NCBI RefSeq assembly: GCF_965215205.1
Contig: NZ_OZ244049.1
Coordinates: forward strand, 2,436,955-2,500,954
Direction: 5' to 3'
Source: Ilumatobacter sp.
GTDB taxonomy: Bacteria; Actinomycetota; Acidimicrobiia; Acidimicrobiales; Ilumatobacteraceae
DNA length: 64,000 bases
Part shown: positions 1 through 8,850 of the stretch, one piece after another
Layout: every line of letters begins with the position of its first letter
Position numbering within the stretch: the first letter of the stretch is position 1
Translations under genes and position numbers: made by a program
Notes under the pieces: model-generated
What the model saw: the letters and a program-made list of their open reading frames with translations, nothing else
Databases searched by the model: none
Told to the model about the DNA's origin: nothing

Positions 1-121
1 TCGCTCGCCTCAGGAGGGTCTCGGCGTCGCCGACGTAGTTGCCGTGATCGTCGACCTCGGAGTAGTCGTCGTCGTCGACGACGTCGTCGTAGCCGTCTCC
101 GTCGGTCTGGTCGTAGGTCAT
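1..121 (-). CDS. Partial CDS (N-terminus only; runs off window), acidic N-terminus, probably the conserved gene that follows coaD in actinobacteria
   Basis: ATG at 121 overlaps the coaD TGA (ATGA coupling); open frame MTYDQTDGDGYDDVVDDDDYSEVDDHGNYVGDAETLLRRA to the window edge. Confidence 0.6.
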   Translation of the reverse strand, partial: MTYDQTDGDGYDDVVDDDDYSEVDDHGNYVGDAETLLRRA

Positions 122-621
122 CGGGGTGCTCGGTTCTGCTCGCTGCCGTCGAATCGCTCGGCCAGTGCGTCGGCGACGACACGTGGCACGAGGTGCGCGA
201 CGTCCCCACCGTACTTGGCGATCTCGCGCACGAAGCGGCTGCTGACGAACGCGAGGTCGGGCCGGCACGGCAGGAACACGGTCCGCACCCCCGCCGCCGA
301 GTGGTTCATGTGCGCCATCTGCTGCTCGATCTCGAAGTCGCCCGGGGTCCGCAGGCCCTTCACCACGAAGTCGGACCCGGTCGCCTCGGCGGCCTGCACG
401 GCGAGCCCGGCGTGCTCGCTCACGCTCACCCCGCTCAGGTGGGAGACCGCCGTGCGCGCCATCTCGACGCGCTCGTCGACGTGGAACATCCCCGAGTCCT
501 TCGCGTGGTTGTGCAGCACGGCCACCACCACCTCGCCGAACAGCTCCCGGGCGTGCTCGATCACGTCGAGGTGGCCGAGGTGGAGCGGGTCGAAGCTGCC
601 CGGGTAGAGCACGCGGCTCAC
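118..621 (-). CDS. coaD: Phosphopantetheine adenylyltransferase
   Basis: VLYPGSFDPLHLGHLDVI (HxGH), KGLRTPGDFEIEQQMA, FVSSRFVREIAKYGG; GTG start at 621 overlaps the rsmD stop (GTGA). Confidence 0.96.
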   Translation of the reverse strand: MSRVLYPGSFDPLHLGHLDVIEHARELFGEVVVAVLHNHAKDSGMFHVDERVEMARTAVSHLSGVSVSEHAGLAVQAAEATGSDFVVKGLRTPGDFEIEQQMAHMNHSAAGVRTVFLPCRPDLAFVSSRFVREIAKYGGDVAHLVPRVVADALAERFDGSEQNRAPR

Positions 622-1142
622 GCCGCCACCCCCTCGCGCTCGAGGAAGCTGACCCAGGTGCGGCCGTAGCGCTTGGAGCGCGTCAGCGTCCACCCGGGTC
701 GCTCGTCGACCGACCGGCCGGCCTCGGCCACGACGAAGGGAGCACGGATCGAGGCCATCAACCGGTCCCACGCGTCGAAGTCGTAGGGAGGGTCGGCGAA
801 CACGATGTCGACGTCGATCGCACCCGCCACCGCCATCGCGTCCGATCGCACCACCCGGCTGCGACCGCCGAGGTCGAGGTTGGCGAGGTTGCCGTCGAGG
901 GCGCGCAGCGCGGCGCGGTCGCGCTCGACGAAGGTGCAGTGGGCCGCGCCGCGCGAGATCGCCTCGATCCCCACGGCCCCCGTCCCCGCGTAGAGGTCGG
1001 CCACCACGGCGTCGACGAGGATCCCCGACGACCCGAGGGCGTTGAACACGGCCTCGCGGACCCGGTCGGTGGTCGGTCGGGTCGAGGTCCCGTCCGGGGA
1101 GACGAGCTTGCGACCTCCGAGCTCTCCTGCGATCACGCGCAT
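618..1142 (-). CDS. rsmD: 16S rRNA (guanine966-N2)-methyltransferase RsmD
   Basis: MRVIAGELGGRKL, RPTTDRVREAVFN, DLYAGTGAVGIEAISRGA, FADPPY; TACAGT -10 box 6 nt upstream of the ATG. Confidence 0.95.
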   Translation of the reverse strand: MRVIAGELGGRKLVSPDGTSTRPTTDRVREAVFNALGSSGILVDAVVADLYAGTGAVGIEAISRGAAHCTFVERDRAALRALDGNLANLDLGGRSRVVRSDAMAVAGAIDVDIVFADPPYDFDAWDRLMASIRAPFVVAEAGRSVDERPGWTLTRSKRYGRTWVSFLEREGVAA

Positions 1143-1178
1143 CGTCGCACTGTACGCGGACCGGGCCATGATGGCCCG

Positions 1179-1370
1179 ATGTTCGCCCCTCCCCCGCAGA
1201 TCACGTGCATCGACTGCGGCGGACGGTGCTTCCTGCTGACGGCGCCCGCCGAGGACGGGGCGTGGGAGGAGGGTGACGTGGTCGCGTACCGCTGCGAGGA
1301 CTGCCTCGACCGCTGGGACCTCGTGCTGGAGGAGTCCGACATCGAGTCCGACGGGCGCCCCGACTGGTGA
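1179..1370 (+). CDS. Small acidic Zn-ribbon-like protein (63 aa)
   Basis: MFAPPPQITCIDCGGRC...AYRCEDCLDRWDLV with two CxxC pairs; CATGAT 6 nt upstream of the ATG. Confidence 0.75.
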   Translation: MFAPPPQITCIDCGGRCFLLTAPAEDGAWEEGDVVAYRCEDCLDRWDLVLEESDIESDGRPDW

Positions 1371-1383
1371 GCGACGACCCGGC

Positions 1384-2031
1384 TCAGCGGCCGGACTCGG
1401 CGAGGATCCGCTTCTTCGTGGCGGCCCAGCTGCAGATCGGGCACGTCGACAGGTCGTGACGGCGAGCGGGGCAGTGCTCGCGCCCGAAGTAGATGATCTG
1501 CAGGTGACGTCGGCTCCAGGTCTCCTTCGGGAACACCGCCTTCAGGTCGCGCTCGGTCCGCTCGACGCTCGACCCGTTCGACAACCCCCACCGGGCCGCG
1601 AGGCGGTGGATGTGGGTGTCGACGGCGAACGCGGGCTCGTCGAAGCACCCGCCCATCACGACCGACGCGGTCTTGTGGCCGACCCCGGCGAGCGACTCGA
1701 GGAACTCCCAGTCACCGATCACCTCTCCCCCACGGTCGACGATCTGGTTCGCCATCGTCCACAGGTTCTTCGCCTTCGTCGGCGCGAGGCCGATCTGGCG
1801 GATGTGGCGGAGGATCTCGTCGGGGTCCAGCGCCGCCATCTTCTCCGGGGTGTCCGCCACGGCGAACAGCTCGGGCGTCACCTCGTTCACCTTCTTGTCG
1901 GTGGTCTGCGCCGAGAGGGCGACGGCGACCAGGAGGGTGTACGGGCTCGTGTGGTCGAGCGGGACCGGGGGGTCGGGGTGGAGCTCGTCGAGGATCTCCC
2001 CGATCCGGTCGGCCTTGTCCTGGCGTCGCAC
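1384..2031 (-). CDS. nth: Endonuclease III
   Basis: LLVAVALSAQTTDKKVN, HhH motif LAGVGHKTASVV, AVDTHIHRL, C-terminal Cys cluster (GREHCPARRHDLSTCPIC); TAGCTT 7 nt before the GTG at 2031. Confidence 0.95.
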   Translation of the reverse strand: MRRQDKADRIGEILDELHPDPPVPLDHTSPYTLLVAVALSAQTTDKKVNEVTPELFAVADTPEKMAALDPDEILRHIRQIGLAPTKAKNLWTMANQIVDRGGEVIGDWEFLESLAGVGHKTASVVMGGCFDEPAFAVDTHIHRLAARWGLSNGSSVERTERDLKAVFPKETWSRRHLQIIYFGREHCPARRHDLSTCPICSWAATKKRILAESGR

Positions 2032-2040
2032 CCCGCGCAA

Positions 2041-2082
2041 GCTACCCGGTCCGCGGTGCGAGCTCCCCGGTCCGCGGCGCGA
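2041..2082. repeat. Two tandem 21-bp direct repeats upstream of nth
   Basis: gctacccggtccgcggtgcga / gctccccggtccgcggcgcga (19 of 21 identical). Confidence 0.6.
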
Positions 2083-2116
2083 CGCCGCCGGTCGACGAGC
2101 CGTCCGATCGCCACCG

Positions 2117-4201
2117 TCACCGGTCCATGAGGCGATCGCGCAGGAAGCCGAGGACGAGGGCCTGCATCGTCGCCTGCTGACGGGCGTCGGCCGCACCGCC
2201 GTGGCCGCCCTCGATGTTCTCCCAGTAGGTGACGTCCTTGCCCATCGACTCGAGCAGCGCAGCCATCTTGCGGGCGTGACCGGGGTGCACCCGGTCGTCT
2301 CGGGTGGAGGTCGTCAGCAGGATCGGCGGGTGCTCGACGTCGGGGTCGACCAGGTGGTACGGCGAGTAGCCCCGCAGGTACGACCAGTCGTCGGGCTCGT
2401 CGGGGTCGCCGTACTCGGCCATCCACGACGCTCCCGCCAGCAGCAGGTGGTACCGCGCCATGTCGAGCAGCGGGACCTGGCACACGACCGCCCCGAACAG
2501 CTCCGGGGTCCGCACGTACATGTTGCCGACGAGCAACCCCCCGTTGCTGCCCCCGGAGATCCCCAGCCTCGGCGCTGAGGTGGTCCCGCGATCGACGAGC
2601 GCGCGGGCGACGGCCTCGAAGTCCTCGTAGACGCGCGGGCGTCTCTCACGCAGCCCGGCGCGGTGCCACGCCGGGCCGTACTCGCCTCCGCCACGGATGT
2701 TCGCGACCGCGTAGACCCCGCCGTCGACGATCCACGACCGCCCGATCACCGCGGAGTACGCGGCGAGGCGCGGCACCTCGAACCCCCCGTAGCCGGTCAG
2801 CAGCGTGGGTCGGTCGCCGTCGGACTCGGCGAGGGCGGCGCGCGTCCCGACCACGAAGAAGGGGACGCGCGTCCCGTCCGCGCTGGACGCGAAGTGCTGC
2901 TCGATCTCCACGTCGTCGGCGTCGAAGCGGTGCGGGGACCGGCGCAGCACGGCCGGCCGCGCGTCGGGCTCGGCGACGTCGAGGACGGACAGGGTCTCGG
3001 GCGTGGTGAAGTCGGTGCCGACGATCCACACGTCGTCGCGCTCGGCCGGGTCGACCGCGCTCGCGGACGCCGTCCACACGTCGGGTGCGCCGGCGATCGG
3101 CTGGATCGTCCACGGCCCGCCGTCACCGTCGGGTGGGGTGGCCACCGACAGGACGTCGCGGACGTCGTCGAGGACGTCGAGCACGACGTGGTGGCGGGTG
3201 CAGGCGAACCCCGACAGCGACCGGGTGTCGGTCGGTGCGAACAGCGCGGTGGGCGCGGGCGTCCCGGAGAGGAACGCGTCGAGGTCGGCGACGATCAGCG
3301 ATCCGCCGGGGAAGGTCGAACCGGCGAGCTCCAGATCCGAGCGCGGCGAGACGAAGATCCACCGCTCGTGGACGCTCACCTCGGTGTCGTCGGGGACGTC
3401 GACCTCCACCCACTCGGTGCCGCGCAGGATCGCCGTGCGCGAGGTGAAGAAGTCCGGAGCCCGCTCGACCACGTGGTGCCGGTGGCCGGGGACGTCCGAC
3501 ACCGAGACGCCGACGGCGACGTCGGACTCCTCGCCCTCGTACACGATCTCGGACTCCTCGATCGGGGTCCCCCGCCGCCACCGTCGCACGGCGCGCGGGT
3601 ACCCGGACCGGGTCAGGCTCCCCGGACCGAAGTCGTTGGTCACGTACACGGTGTCGTCGTCGATCCACGTCAGGCCGCCCTTCGCGAGGGGCCGCGTGAA
3701 CCCGCCCTCCGACTCGGGGACGAACCGCTTCTCGACCAGATCGAACTCCCGGGTCACCGACGCGTCGGAGCCGCCGGGCGACAGGTCGACGAGGGCGCGC
3801 CGCCGGTCGGGTCGGCGGGTGCTCGAGCCGTGGAACACCCACGACTCGCCTTCCTCGGCGCACAGGGCGTCGATGTCGAGCACCGTCTCCCAGTCGGGCT
3901 CGCCGGCGCGGTAGTCGTCCCAGCTCGTCCGCCGAACCAGGCCCCGGCGGTGCTCGGAGTCGGTCCAGAAGTTGTGCACCACGTCGCCGTGGCGCGACGG
4001 GTGGGCGATGCGGTCGTCGGCCTCGAGCACGTCGAGGGTGTCGGCGCGGATCCGCTCGAAGTCGTCGGTCCCGAACAGCTCCGCCTCGGCGCGCTCGTTG
4101 CGCTCCCGGACCCAGGCGAGGGCGTCGTCGCCCTCGACGTCCTCGAGCCAGCGCAGCTCGTCGTCGGGCAGGTCGCTCGGGGCGGAGGGGACATCGCTCA
4201 T
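2117..4201 (-). CDS. Prolyl oligopeptidase family (S9A) serine peptidase
   Basis: GGSNGGLL nucleophile motif, TSTRDDRVHP, EGGHGG, ANIRGGGEYGPAWH; TACGGT 7 nt before the ATG. Confidence 0.93.
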   Translation of the reverse strand: MSDVPSAPSDLPDDELRWLEDVEGDDALAWVRERNERAEAELFGTDDFERIRADTLDVLEADDRIAHPSRHGDVVHNFWTDSEHRRGLVRRTSWDDYRAGEPDWETVLDIDALCAEEGESWVFHGSSTRRPDRRRALVDLSPGGSDASVTREFDLVEKRFVPESEGGFTRPLAKGGLTWIDDDTVYVTNDFGPGSLTRSGYPRAVRRWRRGTPIEESEIVYEGEESDVAVGVSVSDVPGHRHHVVERAPDFFTSRTAILRGTEWVEVDVPDDTEVSVHERWIFVSPRSDLELAGSTFPGGSLIVADLDAFLSGTPAPTALFAPTDTRSLSGFACTRHHVVLDVLDDVRDVLSVATPPDGDGGPWTIQPIAGAPDVWTASASAVDPAERDDVWIVGTDFTTPETLSVLDVAEPDARPAVLRRSPHRFDADDVEIEQHFASSADGTRVPFFVVGTRAALAESDGDRPTLLTGYGGFEVPRLAAYSAVIGRSWIVDGGVYAVANIRGGGEYGPAWHRAGLRERRPRVYEDFEAVARALVDRGTTSAPRLGISGGSNGGLLVGNMYVRTPELFGAVVCQVPLLDMARYHLLLAGASWMAEYGDPDEPDDWSYLRGYSPYHLVDPDVEHPPILLTTSTRDDRVHPGHARKMAALLESMGKDVTYWENIEGGHGGAADARQQATMQALVLGFLRDRLMDR

Positions 4202-4217
4202 CGCCGCGACCGTACCG

Positions 4218-6344
4218 TCAGCCCCGGGCGAGGAACTCCTCGTCGCGGTCGCTGAACACCAGATCGAGCTCGTCGGCCAGGAGCGGGTGCCCGGCGAGCT
4301 CGTCGTCGGCGTCGACGAGCTCGAACGCGGCGCGCCGGGCGTCCTCCACCAGCGAGCGGTCCCGCCGCAGCGACGCCAGCTTGAGGTCGCTGCGACCCTT
4401 CTGCGACGTCGACATCAGCGTCCCCCCGCCACGCAGGTCGAGGTCGACCTCGGCGAGCTCGAAGCCGTCCGTCGACGCCACCAGCGCCTCGACCCGCGGG
4501 CTCCCGTCCTCGATGTCGCGGGTCACCAGCCAGCACATCGAGGCGTGCTCACCGCGCCCGACTCGTCCGCGCAGCTGGTGGAGCTGGGCGATGCCGAACC
4601 GGTCGGCGTCGAGGATCACCATCACGGTCGCGTTCGCGACGTCGACGCCGACCTCGATGACCGTGGTCGCGACGAGCACGTCGAGCTCGCCCGAGCGGAA
4701 CGAGTCCATCGTGGCCTCCTTCTCCGCCGACGGCAGTCGGCCGTGGAGGAGCCCGAGCCGCATCCCGGACAGCTCGTCGTGCGCCAGCCGCTCGTGGGTC
4801 TCGAGGGCGGACGCGGCCTCGAGCTTGTCGCTCTCGTCGATCAGCGGGCACACGACGTAGGCCTGCCGACCGGCCGCGACCTGGTCGCGGACGTCGGCCC
4901 AGGCCTCGGCTTCGAGCAGCGGCCCGTTCGCCCAGCGCGTCGCGATCGGGGTCCGGCCGGGGGGCAGCTCGTCGAGCACGCTGACGTCGAGGTCGCCGTA
5001 GACCGTCATCGCCGCGGTGCGCGGGATCGGCGTCGCCGTCATCACCAGCGTGTCGGGGGTCGGACCGGAAGCGGTCCGGTCGCGCAGCGCGGCGCGCTGC
5101 TCGACGCCGAAGCGGTGCTGCTCGTCGACGACGACGACGCCCAACGAGGCGAAGTCCACCTTCTCCTGGATCAGGGCGTGGGTGCCGATCGCGAGGTCGA
5201 CCGTGCCGTCGGCCAGCCCGGCCAGCACGCTCGTGCGCTCCGCCCCGGACACCCGGTTCGTCAGCAGCTCGACGCGCAGCGGGCGGTCGCCGAACAGGTT
5301 CGCCGGGTCGGGCACCACGACGCCGTCGAGCAGGCGCGAGATCCCCACCGCGTGCTGCTCCGCGAGCACCTCGGTGGGCGCCATGAGAGCGGCCTGGTGC
5401 CCGCCCTCCACCGCCCGCAGCATCGCGGCCACCGCGACGACGGTCTTGCCGGCGCCGACGTCGCCCTGCAGCAGGCGGTGCATCGGATGCGGCGCGGCGA
5501 GATCCTCGCCGATCTCCGCGATCACCCGCTCCTGGGCTCCGGTGAGCGGGTACGGCAGCGACGCGCGGAACCGCTGCGCGAGCTCGCCGCCATCGGCGTG
5601 CGCGATCCCGCGAGCGTCGCGCTCCATCCGTCGCTTGCGCGCCACGAGCACGAGCTGCACGCGCAGCAGCTCGTCGAACGCCAGCCGGTGCCGGGCGATC
5701 TCCTTGTCGCGGATCGATTCGGGCAGGTGGATGTCGTGCAGCGCCCGCTCGCGGTCGACGAGGCGGTGCCGCTCGCGCACCGCTGCGGGGACGGGGTCGG
5801 CGATCCCGCGCTCCGCGCACCGCCGCAACGACTCCTCGACCCAGGCGGCGATCTCCCACGTGCTCACCCGGGCCTTCTCGCTCTGGGGGTAGATGGGGAC
5901 GATCCGCCCGGTCCGGTCCCCGATCAGGTCGACGATCGGGTTCGCCATCTGCAGCCCGCCCCGGTAGGTGCCGGCCGTGCCGAAGAGGGCGACCTGGAGG
6001 CCCTCGGTGAGCTGGCGGGATCGCCACGCCTGGTTGAAGAACACGAGGTCGAGGCGACCCGAGTCGTCGCCGACCGTGACGTTCAGCATCGAGCGCCGGT
6101 TGCGCGTCGTGCGTGCGCGAGCCGAGCGGACCGTCGCGATGACCAGCGCCTCCTCACCGGGCACGAGATCCGCGATGCGCGCCTCGCGGCTGCGATCGAC
6201 CCACCGGCGGGGGTAGGTCGTCACGAGGTCGAGCACGTTCTCGATCCCGAGCTGCTCGAGCGCCTCGCGCTTCTTCGGTCCGACGCCGTGCAGCCGCTCG
6301 ATCGGGATCGCCGCCAGCTCGCGCGAGGTGATCGACCCGCTCAT
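4218..6344 (-). CDS. recG: ATP-dependent DNA helicase RecG
   Basis: RLLQGDVGAGKT, VVVDEQHRFG, MTATPIPRT, QLHQLRGRVGRG. Confidence 0.96.
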   Translation of the reverse strand: MSGSITSRELAAIPIERLHGVGPKKREALEQLGIENVLDLVTTYPRRWVDRSREARIADLVPGEEALVIATVRSARARTTRNRRSMLNVTVGDDSGRLDLVFFNQAWRSRQLTEGLQVALFGTAGTYRGGLQMANPIVDLIGDRTGRIVPIYPQSEKARVSTWEIAAWVEESLRRCAERGIADPVPAAVRERHRLVDRERALHDIHLPESIRDKEIARHRLAFDELLRVQLVLVARKRRMERDARGIAHADGGELAQRFRASLPYPLTGAQERVIAEIGEDLAAPHPMHRLLQGDVGAGKTVVAVAAMLRAVEGGHQAALMAPTEVLAEQHAVGISRLLDGVVVPDPANLFGDRPLRVELLTNRVSGAERTSVLAGLADGTVDLAIGTHALIQEKVDFASLGVVVVDEQHRFGVEQRAALRDRTASGPTPDTLVMTATPIPRTAAMTVYGDLDVSVLDELPPGRTPIATRWANGPLLEAEAWADVRDQVAAGRQAYVVCPLIDESDKLEAASALETHERLAHDELSGMRLGLLHGRLPSAEKEATMDSFRSGELDVLVATTVIEVGVDVANATVMVILDADRFGIAQLHQLRGRVGRGEHASMCWLVTRDIEDGSPRVEALVASTDGFELAEVDLDLRGGGTLMSTSQKGRSDLKLASLRRDRSLVEDARRAAFELVDADDELAGHPLLADELDLVFSDRDEEFLARG

Positions 6345-6416
6345 CCTCGCCACGTTAGGCACGACGGGCGCCGGGAGGGACGGCTGCGCTCCGCCTCGCC
6401 CGGGAGCGGCGCCGGG

Positions 6417-8129
6417 CTACTCGACGCCGACGAGGTACGGGTAGAGGGGTTGGCCTCCGTGGTGGACCTCGACCTCGACGGCGGCGTGGTGGTCGGCGAG
6501 CCAGGCCGCGATCCCCTCGGTGGTCGCCGCCTCGGCCTCCGCGCCGGTGATGATCGTGACCAGCTCCGCGTGGTCGTCGACGACCACGTCGAGCAGGGAG
6601 GTGACGGCGCTCGGCAGCGAGGCGTCGCACGCGACGATGCCGTCGCCGCGCACCAGGCCGATCCAGTCGCCCTCGCTGACCGGGCCGACCTCGGCCGTGG
6701 TGTCGCGCACGGCACGGGTGACCTCGCCGGTCGTCACCGATGACGACGCAGCCGCCATCGTCGCACGGTTCTCCTCACCGGTCGCCTCGGGGTCGTACAC
6801 GATCAGCGCCGCGAGCCCCTCGGGCATCGACGTCGTCGGGACGACGACGACGGACTTGTCGGTCAGCGCATCGACCTGCTCGGCCACCGGGACGATGTTC
6901 TTGTTGTTCGGGAGCACGACCACCTGGCGGGCGTTCACGTGCTCGACGGTGTCGAGCAGCTCGGCGGTCGACGGGTTCATCGTCTGACCCCCGGTGACGA
7001 CGCCCTGCACGCCGAGCTGGCCGAACAGCTCGACGAGGCCGTCGCCGGAGCACACCGCGACGACGGCGGTCGTGACCGGCGGCAGGCCGGCGCCGGCACC
7101 GGGTCGGCGGCGGCCGGCCACCTCCCGGGTCGAGGAGCCCATCTGCGCCTCACGCCGTGCGTGCTCCTCGTCGACCTCCTCGAACAGGTCGGTGACGCGG
7201 ATCTGGCGGGGTCGTCCGTCGAGGTCGAGGGCGACCTCGACCGCGGCGCCGACGTCGTTGGTGTGGACGTGGCAGTTGTAGAGGCCGTCGCCGCCGACGA
7301 CGACGATCGAGTCCCCGATCGAGGCCCAGCCCCGGCGGAAGTCCTCGAGCCGGTCGTCGTCGAGGTCGAGGAAGTACATCACCTCGTACCGCAGCTCGCT
7401 CACGTCGAGCTCGCCGCCGACGTCCGACATCGGGCGCGTCGCCGACCGCGTGGCGGCGTCGGGCGTCGGCCCGGCGGAGTCGTCGGGCTCGGGCAGCGGG
7501 ACGCCGTCCACGACGTGGAGCGCGGCGTCGAGCAGGAGCAGGTAGCCCGCTCCCCCGGCGTCGACCACCCCGGCCTCCTTCAGCACCGCGAGCTGCTCGG
7601 GGGTGTTCGCGAGGGCCTCACGACCCGCGGCGTGGGCCGCCTGCACGACCTCGAGCAGGGTGCCGCCGCCGTCGGAGGCGTCGCGAGCCGCCTCGGCGCT
7701 CTTCCGCACGACGGTTAGGATGGTCCCCTCGATCGGCTTCATCACGGCCTGGTCGGCCCCCGTCGACGCCGCCTGCAGCGCGTCGGCGAAGCGTCCACCA
7801 CGATCTCCGCGCGCCTCGTCGTCGCTCCTCATGGTCGCCGCGATGCCGCGCATGATCTGGCTGAGGATGACGCCGCTGTTGCCGCGCGCGCCCATCAGCG
7901 ACCCGTGGCTGATGGCGTCGCAAGTGGCCTCCAGGTCGTCGGGGGCGATGGGGTCCATCTCGTCGACGACGGCCTGCAGGGTCCGCGACATGTTCGTGCC
8001 CGTGTCGCCGTCGGGGACCGGGTACACGTTCAGCCGGTTCAGTGCCGCGGCGTGCGCGACGACTGCGTCGCGGAAGGTCGTGACGAGGTCGCGCAGCGCT
8101 GCGGCGTCGAACCGCTCGAGGGTGGGCAC
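6417..8129 (-). CDS. DAK2-domain protein (fatty acid kinase FakA-like)
   Basis: LNRLNVYPVPDGDTGTNM, GARGNSGVILSQ, VVDAGG, HGGQPLYPYLVGVE; TACACT 8 nt before the GTG at 8129; usual rpmB/recG neighbourhood. Confidence 0.92.
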   Translation of the reverse strand: MPTLERFDAAALRDLVTTFRDAVVAHAAALNRLNVYPVPDGDTGTNMSRTLQAVVDEMDPIAPDDLEATCDAISHGSLMGARGNSGVILSQIMRGIAATMRSDDEARGDRGGRFADALQAASTGADQAVMKPIEGTILTVVRKSAEAARDASDGGGTLLEVVQAAHAAGREALANTPEQLAVLKEAGVVDAGGAGYLLLLDAALHVVDGVPLPEPDDSAGPTPDAATRSATRPMSDVGGELDVSELRYEVMYFLDLDDDRLEDFRRGWASIGDSIVVVGGDGLYNCHVHTNDVGAAVEVALDLDGRPRQIRVTDLFEEVDEEHARREAQMGSSTREVAGRRRPGAGAGLPPVTTAVVAVCSGDGLVELFGQLGVQGVVTGGQTMNPSTAELLDTVEHVNARQVVVLPNNKNIVPVAEQVDALTDKSVVVVPTTSMPEGLAALIVYDPEATGEENRATMAAASSSVTTGEVTRAVRDTTAEVGPVSEGDWIGLVRGDGIVACDASLPSAVTSLLDVVVDDHAELVTIITGAEAEAATTEGIAAWLADHHAAVEVEVHHGGQPLYPYLVGVE

Positions 8130-8162
8130 GGCACGGAAGTGTAGGGCGACGGCTCCATCCGG

Positions 8163-8190
8163 TTGCACGGTGGCGATGCACCGCTAGCCT
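8163..8190 (+). promoter_or_regulatory. Putative sigma70 promoter of rpmB
   Basis: TTGCAC-N16-TAGCCT, then AGGAGA RBS before the ATG. Confidence 0.5.
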
Positions 8191-8228
8191 CAGATGGCTG
8201 TTCGAACCGAATGCACCAGGAGAAGATG

Positions 8229-8420
8229 ATGGCATCCAAGTGTGAAGTGTGTGGCAAGGGCCCGTCGTGGGGCATGTCGGTCTCCCACTCGCACCGCCGG
8301 ACGAAGCGGCGCTGGAACCCCAACATCCAGCGCGTGCGGGCATCGGTCAACGGCGCCACCAAGCGCGTCAACGTCTGCACCGGGTGCATCAAGTCGGGCA
8401 AGATCGCCAAGGCCGGCTGA
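8229..8420 (+). CDS. rpmB: 50S ribosomal protein L28 (Zn-ribbon, C+ form)
   Basis: [37 protein letters not shown]...CTGCIKSGK. Confidence 0.97.
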   Translation: MASKCEVCGKGPSWGMSVSHSHRRTKRRWNPNIQRVRASVNGATKRVNVCTGCIKSGKIAKAG

Positions 8421-8431
8421 GCCGCCCGATC

Positions 8432-8656
8432 ATGCAGGGCGTCATCAAGGCCTACGATCCCGCCACCGGTGACGGTCTGATCATGACCGACACCGACCTC
8501 GCCGACTACGAGCTGGCTCCCGGCGCGCTCGACGGGTCGATCTTCCGGATGGTCCGCCAGGGCCAGCGGGTGATCTTCGACCTCGACGACGTCGGGCGCG
8601 CGACCCACCTGCGCCTCGGTTCCGAGGTCGACATGGGGACCCCCGGCATCCACTGA
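8432..8656 (+). CDS. Divergent cold-shock-like OB-fold protein
   Basis: [17 protein letters not shown]...[11 protein letters not shown] resembles CSD strands without the canonical aromatic RNP motifs; 11 nt after rpmB. Confidence 0.7.
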   Translation: MQGVIKAYDPATGDGLIMTDTDLADYELAPGALDGSIFRMVRQGQRVIFDLDDVGRATHLRLGSEVDMGTPGIH

Positions 8657-8717
8657 CCCGTCCGCCTCCGAGCTGCGATCGCTCGAAGCGATCCGCACGC
8701 CGACGGCGATCGGAATC

Positions 8718-8735
8718 TCCGATGGGCCCATCGGA
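8718..8735. promoter_or_regulatory. Perfect 18-bp palindrome upstream of pckG (possible operator or terminator)
   Basis: tccgatgggcccatcgga is self-complementary. Confidence 0.4.
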
Positions 8736-8850
8736 ACGGCGGATGGAAGCGATTACAGCCCGGCCCAGCGGGTCGGGTTCGTGTCGCGTTGCCTACGCTG
8801 TGGCGTTCACGAGCGCGCAGGGTGCGCTGCGAGGTGAACGAGGAGCGACG

